Assembly: GCA_017544105.1 (NCBI GenBank)
Contig: JAFYEU010000049.1
Coordinates: 1-61,296 of the forward strand
Direction: 5' to 3'
DNA: 61,296 nucleotides
Source of the DNA: Bacteroidales bacterium
Lineage (GTDB): Bacteria > Bacteroidota > Bacteroidia > Bacteroidales > WCHB1-69
Shown piece by piece: positions 29,511 to 38,905 of the stretch (position 1 is its first letter; every line of letters starts with the position of its first letter). Made by a program: the position numbers and the translations under genes. The notes below the pieces were generated by a model, which worked only from the letters and a program-made list of their open reading frames with translations, ran no database searches and had not been told where the DNA came from.

Positions 29511-31160
29511 ATGGGTGCAACAAATTGTCCGGAGACCCCGAGACAGAAAATGATTCAGATGATGTATCTGGTCTATACGGCAATGTTGGCATTGAATGTG
29601 TCTGCTGACATCTTGAATGCGTTCATCGTCGTGGACGATACTTTGGTGACCTCTACTCGAAATGCCACTCGCCAGAATGCCAGCGACTACAACTGGTTCG
29701 AGAACCAGAAGGCCATTCTCGGTGAAGCTAAGATTCACGATGCTTATACCAATGCGCATAAATTGCGTAAAGAGACCAACGACATGGTCAACTATATTGA
29801 GGCTCTTTCCCGCGACCTCATCATGTATGTGGATGGCGATACCCTTGCTGAAGTGAAAGACGACAAAGGCAAAATCCAGAAAGTTCCAAAGACGGTGGCT
29901 ACCATCACTGCCAAGGAGAATTTTGACAAGCCGACCTTCTTCATGCTGGAGGATCCGACCCAGAACCCTTCCCGTGCGGTCCAACTGAAAGAGAAGCTGC
30001 TCGAATACAAGAAGAATATCCTCAAACTTGCCAAGAAGGAAGATCGCGAACGCCTTTCCGAAATTATCGGTTTGAATGTGGACCAACAGGTCAAGTCCTT
30101 GACTGGTGAGAAAGTAAACTGGGAAGTGCATAACTTCGATCATATCATCTCCGCTGCTGCCGTCACCTTGTTGAACAAGACGGTGGGTGAAGTGAGAAAT
30201 GCAGAGTCTTCCATGCTGACCTATCTGAAAGAGTCAATCAGCGCTGACGACTTCAAGTTTGACCACGTGGAGGGCCGTGCCATCCCGAAATCCCAGATGG
30301 TGTTCCAGGGTGACAACTATGAGGCTGACATCATCGTGGCTGCTTGGGATACCAAGTCCAGCCCCAAGGTATGGTACAAGATGGGTGCTGACACGTTGAC
30401 CGAGGCTGGCCTTGGCGGTGCTCAAGAGCTGCAAGGCGAGAATGGTTTGGTGAAACTGAAACTGCCTGCCGGTGCCGTTGGCGAACAGCGCTATGCCGGC
30501 TTGATCATGATCAAGGATCCCAGTGGTGAACCTAAATATTATGGCTTTAAGGATAAATATTCTGTGCTGAAACCTTCTGCCGTTATTTCCGCCGACAAGA
30601 TGAACGTGCTCTATGCCGGTATCGAGAACCCTGTTTCCGTATCTGCTCCTGTGGATCCTGGCAAGCTGTCTATCTCCTTCCCTGGCTGCTCCGTTTCTTC
30701 CCAAGGCGCAGGTAAGTTCAATGTGACAGTTCCCTCTTCTATGATTGGCAAGACCGTTTCTGCTTCTGTGTCTGCCAAGTTGGGCGAATCCACCAAGACC
30801 CTCGGCTCTACCGAATTCCGTGTCAAGAAGGTTCCGGATCCTCGTGCCGTCTTAGGTGCCAACATCCGCGGTGGCAAGCGTTCCAAATCCGAGCTGACTG
30901 CCAACCCGGTGCTTCGTGCTGTCATGCCTGAAGACTTTGTCTATGAGTTGAGGTGGAACGTGACCTCCTATCAGGTGATTTTCGTCAGCAAAGGTATGGA
31001 AGATCCTGCCATTTCCTGCCAAGGTGGTGCTTTGTCTGAGGCTGTGAAAGCCAAGATCAACAAGGCTCCTGCCAATACGGTGATCTATTTCACCAACATC
31101 AAGGTCAACTCTGCTGCTGGCCCTCGTACATTGGATGAATTTTCCGTTCGTATCCGATAA
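29511..31160 (+). CDS. porM: T9SS motor/periplasmic shaft component PorM/GldM
   Basis: N-terminus PRQKMIQMMYLVYTAMLALNVSADILNAF is the GldM signature TM helix. Long periplasmic region. 549 aa. Confidence 0.88.
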   Translation: MGATNCPETPRQKMIQMMYLVYTAMLALNVSADILNAFIVVDDTLVTSTRNATRQNASDYNWFENQKAILGEAKIHDAYTNAHKLRKETNDMVNYIEALSRDLIMYVDGDTLAEVKDDKGKIQKVPKTVATITAKENFDKPTFFMLEDPTQNPSRAVQLKEKLLEYKKNILKLAKKEDRERLSEIIGLNVDQQVKSLTGEKVNWEVHNFDHIISAAAVTLLNKTVGEVRNAESSMLTYLKESISADDFKFDHVEGRAIPKSQMVFQGDNYEADIIVAAWDTKSSPKVWYKMGADTLTEAGLGGAQELQGENGLVKLKLPAGAVGEQRYAGLIMIKDPSGEPKYYGFKDKYSVLKPSAVISADKMNVLYAGIENPVSVSAPVDPGKLSISFPGCSVSSQGAGKFNVTVPSSMIGKTVSASVSAKLGESTKTLGSTEFRVKKVPDPRAVLGANIRGGKRSKSELTANPVLRAVMPEDFVYELRWNVTSYQVIFVSKGMEDPAISCQGGALSEAVKAKINKAPANTVIYFTNIKVNSAAGPRTLDEFSVRIR

Positions 31161-31179
31161 ATTGTAACAAATAAGAATT

Positions 31180-32127
31180 ATGAAAAAGTTAGGTTTTTTG
31201 TTATTAGGACTTTTTGCTGTCTCGTTCGCCTTTGCACAAGAGGATGAAGATGGTAGCACTATGAACCAGCCTATCAACCGTGCCCCGGCTGAGTATCGTT
31301 GGGAACAGGTTGATGTGGGCGATTTCTCCGATCCGGTGCCCTATGCCCCCATCCGTCAAGCTGACGTGATGTATTACTACACCATTTGGAGAACGATAGA
31401 TCTGCGCGAAAAGGTTAACCATGTGCTCTATTTCCCGACGGAGGTAAGAGGTACTTGGAAGAGCCTTGCACAGACGATTTTTGATGCTGTGGATATGACC
31501 AATCCCGAGAAGAGCGAAGGCACTCTGCCCGTCTATACGGATGATATGTGTCTGATGCCGACTCCGCGGGAGGATATAGCCAGCACCCTCTCCGTCTCCT
31601 ACACTATCGATGATATCGATATTGAGACCGGTGATGTGATTGGTGACAAGGAGGTCTTTATCCAGTTCGAGCCCAAACAGATTGTCTCTTATAACATCAA
31701 GGAAGTGTGGTATTTTGACAAGCAGACATCCACACTCAAGTATGAGATCATCACTTTGGAACCGATTTTGGAGTATGTGCGTCCGAACACCTCCTCCAAT
31801 GTCTTTGACGATGACCAGGAGGATCAGGATGAGGAGGCCGTGGAAGGCAAACCGACCAAAAGACGTATCGGCTACATCTATTATCCTGAGTTGAGACCGT
31901 TCCTGGCCAAACAGGAAGTCTTTAACGTGAAGAACAACGCTCAGCGTCTTTCCTTTGACGATCTGCTGACTTGGAAGCGTGACTTCTCCAGCTTGATCTA
32001 CAAGGAGGCCAACCGCTATGATCGTGAGATTGCCGACTATATCGCCAATTCCCGTGACCAGCGCCTCGAATCCGAAAGAATTACCAACGAATTGCGCACA
32101 CTGGAGAGCGATCTTTGGGAATTCTAA
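31180..32127 (+). CDS. porN: T9SS ring component PorN/GldN
   Basis: Signal peptide, then ...IRQADVMYYYTIWRTIDLREKVNHVLYFP, the GldN family signature. It is the last gene of the operon. Confidence 0.85.
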   Translation: MKKLGFLLLGLFAVSFAFAQEDEDGSTMNQPINRAPAEYRWEQVDVGDFSDPVPYAPIRQADVMYYYTIWRTIDLREKVNHVLYFPTEVRGTWKSLAQTIFDAVDMTNPEKSEGTLPVYTDDMCLMPTPREDIASTLSVSYTIDDIDIETGDVIGDKEVFIQFEPKQIVSYNIKEVWYFDKQTSTLKYEIITLEPILEYVRPNTSSNVFDDDQEDQDEEAVEGKPTKRRIGYIYYPELRPFLAKQEVFNVKNNAQRLSFDDLLTWKRDFSSLIYKEANRYDREIADYIANSRDQRLESERITNELRTLESDLWEF

Positions 32128-32158
32128 TCAAATCTAACTTTTTCATAATTTTCCTTAT

Positions 32159-32188
32159 ACGGGCATCTTTTGATGTCCGTTTTTTTTT
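32159..32188 (+). terminator. Rho-independent terminator after porN
   Basis: 9-bp stem ACGGGCATC/GATGTCCGT (one G-T pair) with a TTTT loop, followed by a T-tract. Confidence 0.65.
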
Positions 32189-32195
32189 ACTTTTG
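32188..32195 (+). promoter_or_regulatory. Putative -7 box TACTTTTG for hldD
   Basis: TAnnTTTG match 21 nt upstream of the ATG at 32216. Confidence 0.5.
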
Positions 32196-32215
32196 CACCA
32201 ACAAAAACCAAGCCT

Positions 32216-33181
32216 ATGATTATCGTTACCGGTGCTGCCGGTTTTATTGGAAGTTGCATGGTCGCCAAATTGAATGAGATGGGGCGGACTGACATTGTGA
32301 TGGTGGATGATTTCTCGAAAGAGGCAAAACGCCGCAATTGGGAGACCAAACAGTATCTGGACAAGATTCATCGTAATGACTTTTTCCTCTGGTTGCCGAA
32401 GCATGCGCGCGATGTGGATTTCATCATCCATCTGGGCGCCCGCACCGACACCACGGAGTTTGACTATTCCATCTTCGAGGAACTGAACGTGGAATACACC
32501 CGCAAGATATGGTTTTATGCGTCTGAGTATGGGATACCGTTGATCTATGCTTCCTCGGCGGCCACCTATGGCGCCGGTGAGTTGGGTTATGAGGATGATG
32601 ATGCTCTTTCATATCGTCTTCAACCCCTAAATCCATACGGAAAGTCCAAGAATGAGATTGACAAGTGGGTACAGAAGCAGGCTAAGACGCCTCCCTATTG
32701 GTATGCTTTCAAGTTCTTCAATGTCTATGGACCTAATGAGTATCACAAAGGCAGAATGAGTTCTGTGATTCTGCACACCTTTCAGAAGATCCGGGAAACG
32801 GGTTCTATGCAGCTCTTTCGTTCCCATCGGCCGGAATACGAGGATGGCCAGCAGTTGCGTGACTTTGTTTATGTGAAAGATGTGGTCAGGGCCCTGTATT
32901 GGTTTATGAACCATCATCCGCAGAGCGGTATCTACAACCTGGGTACTGGGCGGGCTCGTTCTTTCTGGGATTTGGCTTGTGCAACGTTCCGCGCACTGAA
33001 GCTGGAACCCGAAATCGAGTTCGTGGATATGCCCTTGGATATTCGTGACAAATACCAATATTTCACCGAAGCCAAGATGAATAAAATGAGAAAAGCAGGC
33101 TACCACCGTTCATTTTACTCGTTGGAATCTGGCATCAAATCGTATGTAACTCGCTATCTTGTAAAGGATACCGAATACTAA
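32216..33181 (+). CDS. hldD: ADP-L-glycero-D-manno-heptose 6-epimerase-like NAD-dependent epimerase
   Basis: MIIVTGAAGFIGSCMVAKLNEMG...VDDF Rossmann N-terminus. SSAATYG and YGKSK catalytic motifs. 321 aa. Confidence 0.75.
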   Translation: MIIVTGAAGFIGSCMVAKLNEMGRTDIVMVDDFSKEAKRRNWETKQYLDKIHRNDFFLWLPKHARDVDFIIHLGARTDTTEFDYSIFEELNVEYTRKIWFYASEYGIPLIYASSAATYGAGELGYEDDDALSYRLQPLNPYGKSKNEIDKWVQKQAKTPPYWYAFKFFNVYGPNEYHKGRMSSVILHTFQKIRETGSMQLFRSHRPEYEDGQQLRDFVYVKDVVRALYWFMNHHPQSGIYNLGTGRARSFWDLACATFRALKLEPEIEFVDMPLDIRDKYQYFTEAKMNKMRKAGYHRSFYSLESGIKSYVTRYLVKDTEY

Positions 33182-33233
33182 AGATTTTTTTTTGAATAGG
33201 GCTGGTTTTTATTTGTCAATTCTATATTTTTTT

Positions 33234-33241
33234 TATTTTTG
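33234..33241 (+). promoter_or_regulatory. Putative -7 box TATTTTTG for recQ
   Basis: TAnnTTTG match about 62 nt upstream of the ATG at 33303. Confidence 0.45.
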
Positions 33242-33302
33242 TAATCCGATTCAAGTTCAAAGAAGTTGTATCAAGAAACCATAACCAAGTTTACGATTGC
33301 TT

Positions 33303-35504
33303 ATGAAAAGTGCCTATACTGATAAAGAAATACAGAAGACCCTCAAGTCGGTTTTTGGATTTGATACTTTCAAAGGCAACCAGCAGAAGATTATCAAGTC
33401 GGTGCTCAAAGGCAAGGATTGTTTTGTGATCATGCCGACCGGCGGTGGTAAATCCATGTGCTATCAGTTGCCGGCGTTGATGATGCCTGGCACGGCTATC
33501 GTCATCTCTCCTTTGATCGCCCTGATGAAGAATCAGGTGGATGCTATCCGCAACTTCAGCGTGGAGATCGGTGTGGCTCATTTCCTCAATTCTTCTCTCT
33601 CCAAGGCCGAAATCACGGAGGTGCGTCAGGACCTGCTCGCCGGGAAGACCAAGATTTTGTACGTGGCTCCCGAATCGCTGACCAAAGAGGAGAATGTGAA
33701 GCTCTTCCAAGAGATACAGATCTCCTTTTACGCAATTGATGAAGCCCACTGTATCTCAGAATGGGGCCATGATTTCAGACCTGAGTATCGCCGGATTCGC
33801 GAAATCATCAATCAGATAGGAAAGAAAGTCCCGCTTATTGCGTTGACCGCTACCGCCACCCCTAAAGTCCAGAGTGACATCATGAAGAACCTGGGGATGG
33901 AGAAGGCGGATGTCTATATCTCCTCCTTTAACCGCCCCAACCTCTACTACGAGATCCGGGAAAAGACCAAAGACATCGACAAGGAGGTGGTTCGTTTTAT
34001 CAAGTCACACCCTGGTAAGTCTGGCATTATGTACTGTCTCAGTCGTAACAAGGTGGAGGAACTGGCAGCCATGCTGGTGGAGAACGGGATCCGGGCTCTG
34101 CCGTATCATGCTGGTTTGGACAGCAAAACCCGTGTTCAGAACCAGGATGACTTTCTGATGGAGAAGGCCGATGTGATCGTGGCTACCATTGCATTCGGTA
34201 TGGGAATTGACAAACCGGATGTGCGTTTTGTCATCCACTACGACATGCCCAAGAGTCTGGAGGGCTATTATCAAGAAACCGGACGTGCCGGCCGTGACGA
34301 TGGCGAGGGTATCTGTATTGCCTTCTATGACAATAAGGACCTCCGCAAGCTGGAGAAATTTTCCACCAAGAAGTCGGTAGCCGAGCAAGAGATTGTCAAG
34401 CAACTTCTGGCAGAGACTGCAGCCTACGCAGAGTCCACCAATTGCCGAAGAAAACATATCCTGCACTATTTTGGAGAGGAATATACGGAAGAGAATTGCC
34501 ATAATTGTGATAATTGCAACCATCCCAAACCCAAGATGAATGCCAACGAGCAGATCATGCTCGCTATCGAGGTGATTCAGACTGTCAAGCAACAGTTCAA
34601 AGAGGATCAGATTGTGGATATCATCACGGGCAACAAGACCACTTCCGTGGTGAAGTTCAAGCATGACAAGCTCAAACAGTTTGGAGAAGGCATGGATTAT
34701 GATGCCAAGTTCTGGTCCAACATCATCCGTATTGCCATCTTTGAGGGCTTGATTGTGAAGGAGATCGAGAATTATGGAATACTCAAGATAACGCCCAAAG
34801 GGGAGAAGTACCTCACCAATCCGTACAATATCATGACGACGAAACCCGACAAGGGGGACGAGGATGAAGATGAGATCTTGGACAATGTGGGCGGAGGTAT
34901 GGACGAGGCTTTCGATAAAGTGCTGTTTGGCATGCTGAAAGACCTGCGAAAGAGTATTTCCCAAGAGGAGAATTTGCCGCCATTTGTCATCTTCCAGGAC
35001 CCCTCTTTGGAGGATATGTGTATCCAATACCCGATCACGCTGAACGAGATGCAGAAGGTGGTGGGCGTGGGCGCAGGCAAAGCCCAGAAGTATGGCCGCC
35101 GTTTCGTCGATCTGATCAAGAAATATGTGGAAGAGAACGAGATTGAACGCCCGCAGGACATTGTCTTCAAGACCAAGCCGAAAGAGTCTGCCGTCAAAGT
35201 GTTCATTATTGAGAGCATTGACCGGAAGGTGGACTTTGAGGATATAGCCATCGCCAAAGGTCTGGATATGGACGAATTGCTCACGGACATCGAGAAGATT
35301 GTCTCTTCCGGACTCAAACTGGATATCTCCTATTATATTGAAGAGGAGATCGATGAGTACCATCAAGAAGAGATCTTGGACTATTTTGCCAATGCAGAAT
35401 CTGATTCCCCGGAACTCGCGCTGGAGATTCTGGGCGATGACGAGTATACTTTGGAGGAGATTCGTATCATGCGTATCAAGTATATTTCAGATGTCGGAAA
35501 CTAA
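33303..35504 (+). CDS. recQ: ATP-dependent DNA helicase RecQ
   Basis: FGFDTFKGNQQKII, MPTGGGKS, DEAHCISEWGHDFRPEY, a Zn-binding Cys cluster (CRRKHIL...CHNCDNC) and a C-terminal HRDC region. ATG at 33303 (the ORF track starts at a TTG at 33297). Confidence 0.93.
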   Translation: MKSAYTDKEIQKTLKSVFGFDTFKGNQQKIIKSVLKGKDCFVIMPTGGGKSMCYQLPALMMPGTAIVISPLIALMKNQVDAIRNFSVEIGVAHFLNSSLSKAEITEVRQDLLAGKTKILYVAPESLTKEENVKLFQEIQISFYAIDEAHCISEWGHDFRPEYRRIREIINQIGKKVPLIALTATATPKVQSDIMKNLGMEKADVYISSFNRPNLYYEIREKTKDIDKEVVRFIKSHPGKSGIMYCLSRNKVEELAAMLVENGIRALPYHAGLDSKTRVQNQDDFLMEKADVIVATIAFGMGIDKPDVRFVIHYDMPKSLEGYYQETGRAGRDDGEGICIAFYDNKDLRKLEKFSTKKSVAEQEIVKQLLAETAAYAESTNCRRKHILHYFGEEYTEENCHNCDNCNHPKPKMNANEQIMLAIEVIQTVKQQFKEDQIVDIITGNKTTSVVKFKHDKLKQFGEGMDYDAKFWSNIIRIAIFEGLIVKEIENYGILKITPKGEKYLTNPYNIMTTKPDKGDEDEDEILDNVGGGMDEAFDKVLFGMLKDLRKSISQEENLPPFVIFQDPSLEDMCIQYPITLNEMQKVVGVGAGKAQKYGRRFVDLIKKYVEENEIERPQDIVFKTKPKESAVKVFIIESIDRKVDFEDIAIAKGLDMDELLTDIEKIVSSGLKLDISYYIEEEIDEYHQEEILDYFANAESDSPELALEILGDDEYTLEEIRIMRIKYISDVGN

Positions 35505-35549
35505 TCATTGTGTATCATATTAATTTAACAAAAAAGAACAGAGAATAAC

Positions 35550-36305
35550 ATGGAACAGGAAGAGATGAATAAACCTGAAGAAGAGAAGATGGAAGAAACT
35601 ATCGTGGATGTGCAGACGGAACAACCTGCTTCTGAAATGGAGACGGTGAAGGATGAGGTGAACGAATCTGTCTGCAAGCCTCATTGTCATAAAGGCTTGT
35701 GCATTGCCCGTTTGCTTTTTGACCTGCTGATGTTGGCGGCGGTCATCACCCTTTTTGTCTTATATGCCAAAGGTCGTCCGAATGCGCACAAGAAGTCGGG
35801 CGCCGACAATGTCGCCATAGCAAACATGACTCCGGGTAACGGTGATATCCTGTATGTGAATATTGACTCTATCAATGCTAACTACGAGATGGTGAAGATC
35901 TTGACGGATAGCATTGATGCTGAAAAGAGCAAAAAAGAGGTGGTGTTCCAGAACCGTCAGAAGGCGTTGGAGACGAAATTGCGGAACTATCAGCAAAACA
36001 TCCAGTCTGGCTCGTTGAACGCCCAACAGGCCCAGTATGCGGAGGCTTCTCTGCAGCAGGAGAGCGCGCAGCTGCAATCGGACTACGAGCAGGCTTTGGC
36101 CTCGTTGGAAGCCCGCACAACGGCTGCATTATCCCAAATCCAAGACTCGTTGATTGCCGTCACGAAACGCATTAATGAAGAGAGAAATGCCTCGTTTATC
36201 ATGACGTATGGTGGGGGCAGTAATTTGATTCTGGCAGATCCTACCCGAGATATCACCTCTGAAGTGTTGGAAGCTTTGAATAAGCCCTTTAAAAAGAAAA
36301 AATAA
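35550..36305 (+). CDS. OmpH/Skp-family periplasmic chaperone-like protein with an N-terminal membrane anchor
   Basis: Acidic N-terminus, one TM helix (LLFDLLMLAAVITLFVLY), then a long coiled-coil typical of OmpH (ILYVNIDSINANYEMVK...QQAQYAEASLQQESAQLQSDYEQAL). Confidence 0.65.
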   Translation: MEQEEMNKPEEEKMEETIVDVQTEQPASEMETVKDEVNESVCKPHCHKGLCIARLLFDLLMLAAVITLFVLYAKGRPNAHKKSGADNVAIANMTPGNGDILYVNIDSINANYEMVKILTDSIDAEKSKKEVVFQNRQKALETKLRNYQQNIQSGSLNAQQAQYAEASLQQESAQLQSDYEQALASLEARTTAALSQIQDSLIAVTKRINEERNASFIMTYGGGSNLILADPTRDITSEVLEALNKPFKKKK

Positions 36306-36308
36306 GCT

Positions 36309-36908
36309 ATGGCCAATCATCAAGAAATCAAGAAACGCTCCGATCGTAGCTGGCTGCTGGCTTTGGCTGGTCTGCTGATTATTGTCGTGTTGGCCGCGGT
36401 CATTGCTTTGTGTGCGCCTCATCAAAAAGCGACTTTGACGAATGGGGTGTCTTCGGATCTATCCTCGCTTCATCAGTTCCCGCCCATCGAGCGGTTAGAC
36501 TCCATGGCGATGCCGAAAACAGCGCTTTCATACGACGACAAGTCGCCCCGTGACATCTATTATTATGCCTTGGACAGTCTGGGACAGCCGACTGACGAGG
36601 TGGTCTATGAGGCACATTTCTATCCCAACAACAAGACTTACTACGAGGGCAACCTCTCCAACCAGGAGCGTGAAGGACTTTGGTATGCCTATCATCAGAA
36701 CGGGAATGTACAGACGATGGCCTATTATGAGAATGGGAAAGAACAAGGCCAGTACACCGTTTATTATGAGAATGGGAATGTGATGTATACCGGTAAGTAT
36801 GACAAGGGGGAGCGCGTAGGGGTCTGGAGTTTCTATGATCCTGAGGAGAAACTGATCCGAACCATTGACTACGGTGTCAATCCGCCTAAAGTGACAACAA
36901 TACAATAA
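36309..36908 (+). CDS. MORN-repeat-variant (YwqK-like) protein, membrane-anchored
   Basis: N-terminal TM helix. Tandem repeats of the G-x-W-x-x-Y-x-x-NG type (EGLWYAYHQNGNVQTMAYYENGKEQGQYTVYYENGNVMYTGKYDKGERVGVWSFYD). Confidence 0.65.
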   Translation: MANHQEIKKRSDRSWLLALAGLLIIVVLAAVIALCAPHQKATLTNGVSSDLSSLHQFPPIERLDSMAMPKTALSYDDKSPRDIYYYALDSLGQPTDEVVYEAHFYPNNKTYYEGNLSNQEREGLWYAYHQNGNVQTMAYYENGKEQGQYTVYYENGNVMYTGKYDKGERVGVWSFYDPEEKLIRTIDYGVNPPKVTTIQ

Positions 36909-36938
36909 ATTATAAATCAATAAAATAACTATAACTAT

Positions 36939-38315
36939 ATGGAATTACCTTTTGCAGAATCTTGGAAAATTAAAATGGTGGAGCCTATTAAAAAGTCCAC
37001 CCGTGAAGAAAGAGAAAGATGGCTTGAAGAAGCCCATCAGAACATTTTTATGCTCAAAAGTGATTATGTCTATATTGACCTTTTGACGGATTCAGGTACC
37101 GGCGCGATGAGTGATCGCCAGTGGAGTGCTATGATGATGGGTGATGAGAGCTATGGTGGTGCCCGTTCATTCTATCACATGAAAGACACGATTACAGAAC
37201 TCACTGGTTTTGAGTTTGTGATTCCTACGCACCAAGGCCGTGCAGCGGAGAATGTGTTGTTCTCCTACCTTGTGAAACCGGGTAATGTTGTTCCTGGCAA
37301 TGCCCATTTTGACACCACAAAAGGTCATATTGAGAGCCGTAAGGCATTTGCTATCGATGTGACGGTTCCGGAAGCTTACGATACCCAGTTGGAAGTTCCT
37401 TTCAAGGGCAATGTCAGCTTGGAGAAACTGGAGAAGGTGCTGGTGGAGAACAAGGGCAATGTGCCGTTCATGGTGCTTACGGTTACGAACAATACCGTGG
37501 GTGGGCAGCCTGTCAGCATGAAGAATATCCGGGAAACCTGTGAGCTCTGTCACAAATATGGTGTGCCGGTGAATATCGACAGTGCCCGTTTCATCGAGAA
37601 CTGCTATTTTATCAAGACCCGTGAAGAGGGCTATGCCAACAAGACTCTTCGTGAGATTGCCTTGGAGATGTTCAGCTATGCGGACAGCATGACGATGAGT
37701 GCCAAGAAGGATGGTCTCGTCAACATGGGTGGTTTTATTGCCACCAGAAAGAAAGAGTGGTATGAGGGTGCCAAGTTGTTCTGCATTCCTTTTGAGGGCT
37801 TCTTGACCTACGGCGGTATGAATGGCCGTGACATGGATGCTTTGGCAGTCGGTTTGAAGGAGAATATCGAGTTTGACATGGTGGAGACCCGCATTAAGCA
37901 AGTTCAGTATCTGGCAGATAAATTGGATGAATATGGTATTCCTTACCAGCGTCCTGCCGGTGGTCATGCCATTTTCGTGGATGCGGACAAGGTGTTGACC
38001 AACATCCCGAAGGAGGAGTTTCCTGCCCAGACCCTGACTTGTGAGTTGTATCTGGAGGCTGGTATCCGTGCTTGTGAGATCGGTTATGTCTTGGCCGACC
38101 GTGATCCGGTGACCCGTGAGAACCGCTTTGGAGGCAACGATTTCGTGCGTTTGTGCATTCCGCGCCGTGTCTATACCAACAATCACATGGACGTGATTGC
38201 TGCAGCCTTGAAGAATGTGTATGATCGTCGCGATACGATCAAGCGCGGTTTGGAGATCACGTGGGAAGCTGAGTTGATGCGTCACTTCACCTGCCAGTTC
38301 AAACGCTTGAAATAG
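36939..38315 (+). CDS. tnaA: Tryptophanase (beta-eliminating lyase family; tyrosine phenol-lyase not excluded)
   Basis: MELPFAESWKIKMVEPI...YIDLLTDSGTGAMSDRQWSAMMMGDESYGGARSFY...PTHQGRAAENVLF and the PLP-lysine context SAKKDGLVNMGG. 458 aa. Confidence 0.8.
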   Translation: MELPFAESWKIKMVEPIKKSTREERERWLEEAHQNIFMLKSDYVYIDLLTDSGTGAMSDRQWSAMMMGDESYGGARSFYHMKDTITELTGFEFVIPTHQGRAAENVLFSYLVKPGNVVPGNAHFDTTKGHIESRKAFAIDVTVPEAYDTQLEVPFKGNVSLEKLEKVLVENKGNVPFMVLTVTNNTVGGQPVSMKNIRETCELCHKYGVPVNIDSARFIENCYFIKTREEGYANKTLREIALEMFSYADSMTMSAKKDGLVNMGGFIATRKKEWYEGAKLFCIPFEGFLTYGGMNGRDMDALAVGLKENIEFDMVETRIKQVQYLADKLDEYGIPYQRPAGGHAIFVDADKVLTNIPKEEFPAQTLTCELYLEAGIRACEIGYVLADRDPVTRENRFGGNDFVRLCIPRRVYTNNHMDVIAAALKNVYDRRDTIKRGLEITWEAELMRHFTCQFKRLK

Positions 38316-38323
38316 TGAATTCT

Positions 38324-38905
38324 ATGCTGATAGTCGGGGATGTCCTGGTGTCTGACGAGCTCTTTGAGCGCCATTTCTGTTGCGATTTGTCCCAATGTCA
38401 TGGGCAGTGTTGTATAGAAGGTGATGCGGGAGCGCCGGTGGCCCCGGATGAAACTGCTGAATTGTCAGAGTATTATCCCGTCTATCGAAAATATATGACC
38501 AAAGAAGGACTCGCTGTCGTGGAAAACGGCGGCGAGCCCTTTGTTTTTCAACACGATGAGTTTCAGACTCCCTTGTTGCCGGGCCAGGGAGCTTGTGCAT
38601 TTGTGTTTTATGAAGATGGAATAGCAAAATGTGCCATAGAAAAGGCTTTCGAGAACCATGAAATCCCTTTCCGTAAACCGATATCCTGTTTTCTCTATCC
38701 GATACGCGTCAGTAGGGTGGGGAAGTACGTGGCTTTGAACTACCATCACTGGCCGATTTGTGAGTCGGCGTGCCAACATGGGGATGCGTTGGCCATTCCG
38801 GTATACGTATTTCTGAAGCAGCCCCTCATCCAGATGTTTGGGGAGAAATGGTATCAGGAGTTGTGCGATACCATCCAATTGTATCAGAAAGAGGGGATCA
38901 GATAA
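38324..38905 (+). CDS. DUF3109-like Cys-rich protein
   Basis: MLIVGDVLVSDELFERHFCCDLSQCHGQCCIEGDAGAP, as I recall for the DUF3109 family. An alternative GTG start at 38315 overlaps the tnaA stop. Confidence 0.55.
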   Translation: MLIVGDVLVSDELFERHFCCDLSQCHGQCCIEGDAGAPVAPDETAELSEYYPVYRKYMTKEGLAVVENGGEPFVFQHDEFQTPLLPGQGACAFVFYEDGIAKCAIEKAFENHEIPFRKPISCFLYPIRVSRVGKYVALNYHHWPICESACQHGDALAIPVYVFLKQPLIQMFGEKWYQELCDTIQLYQKEGIR

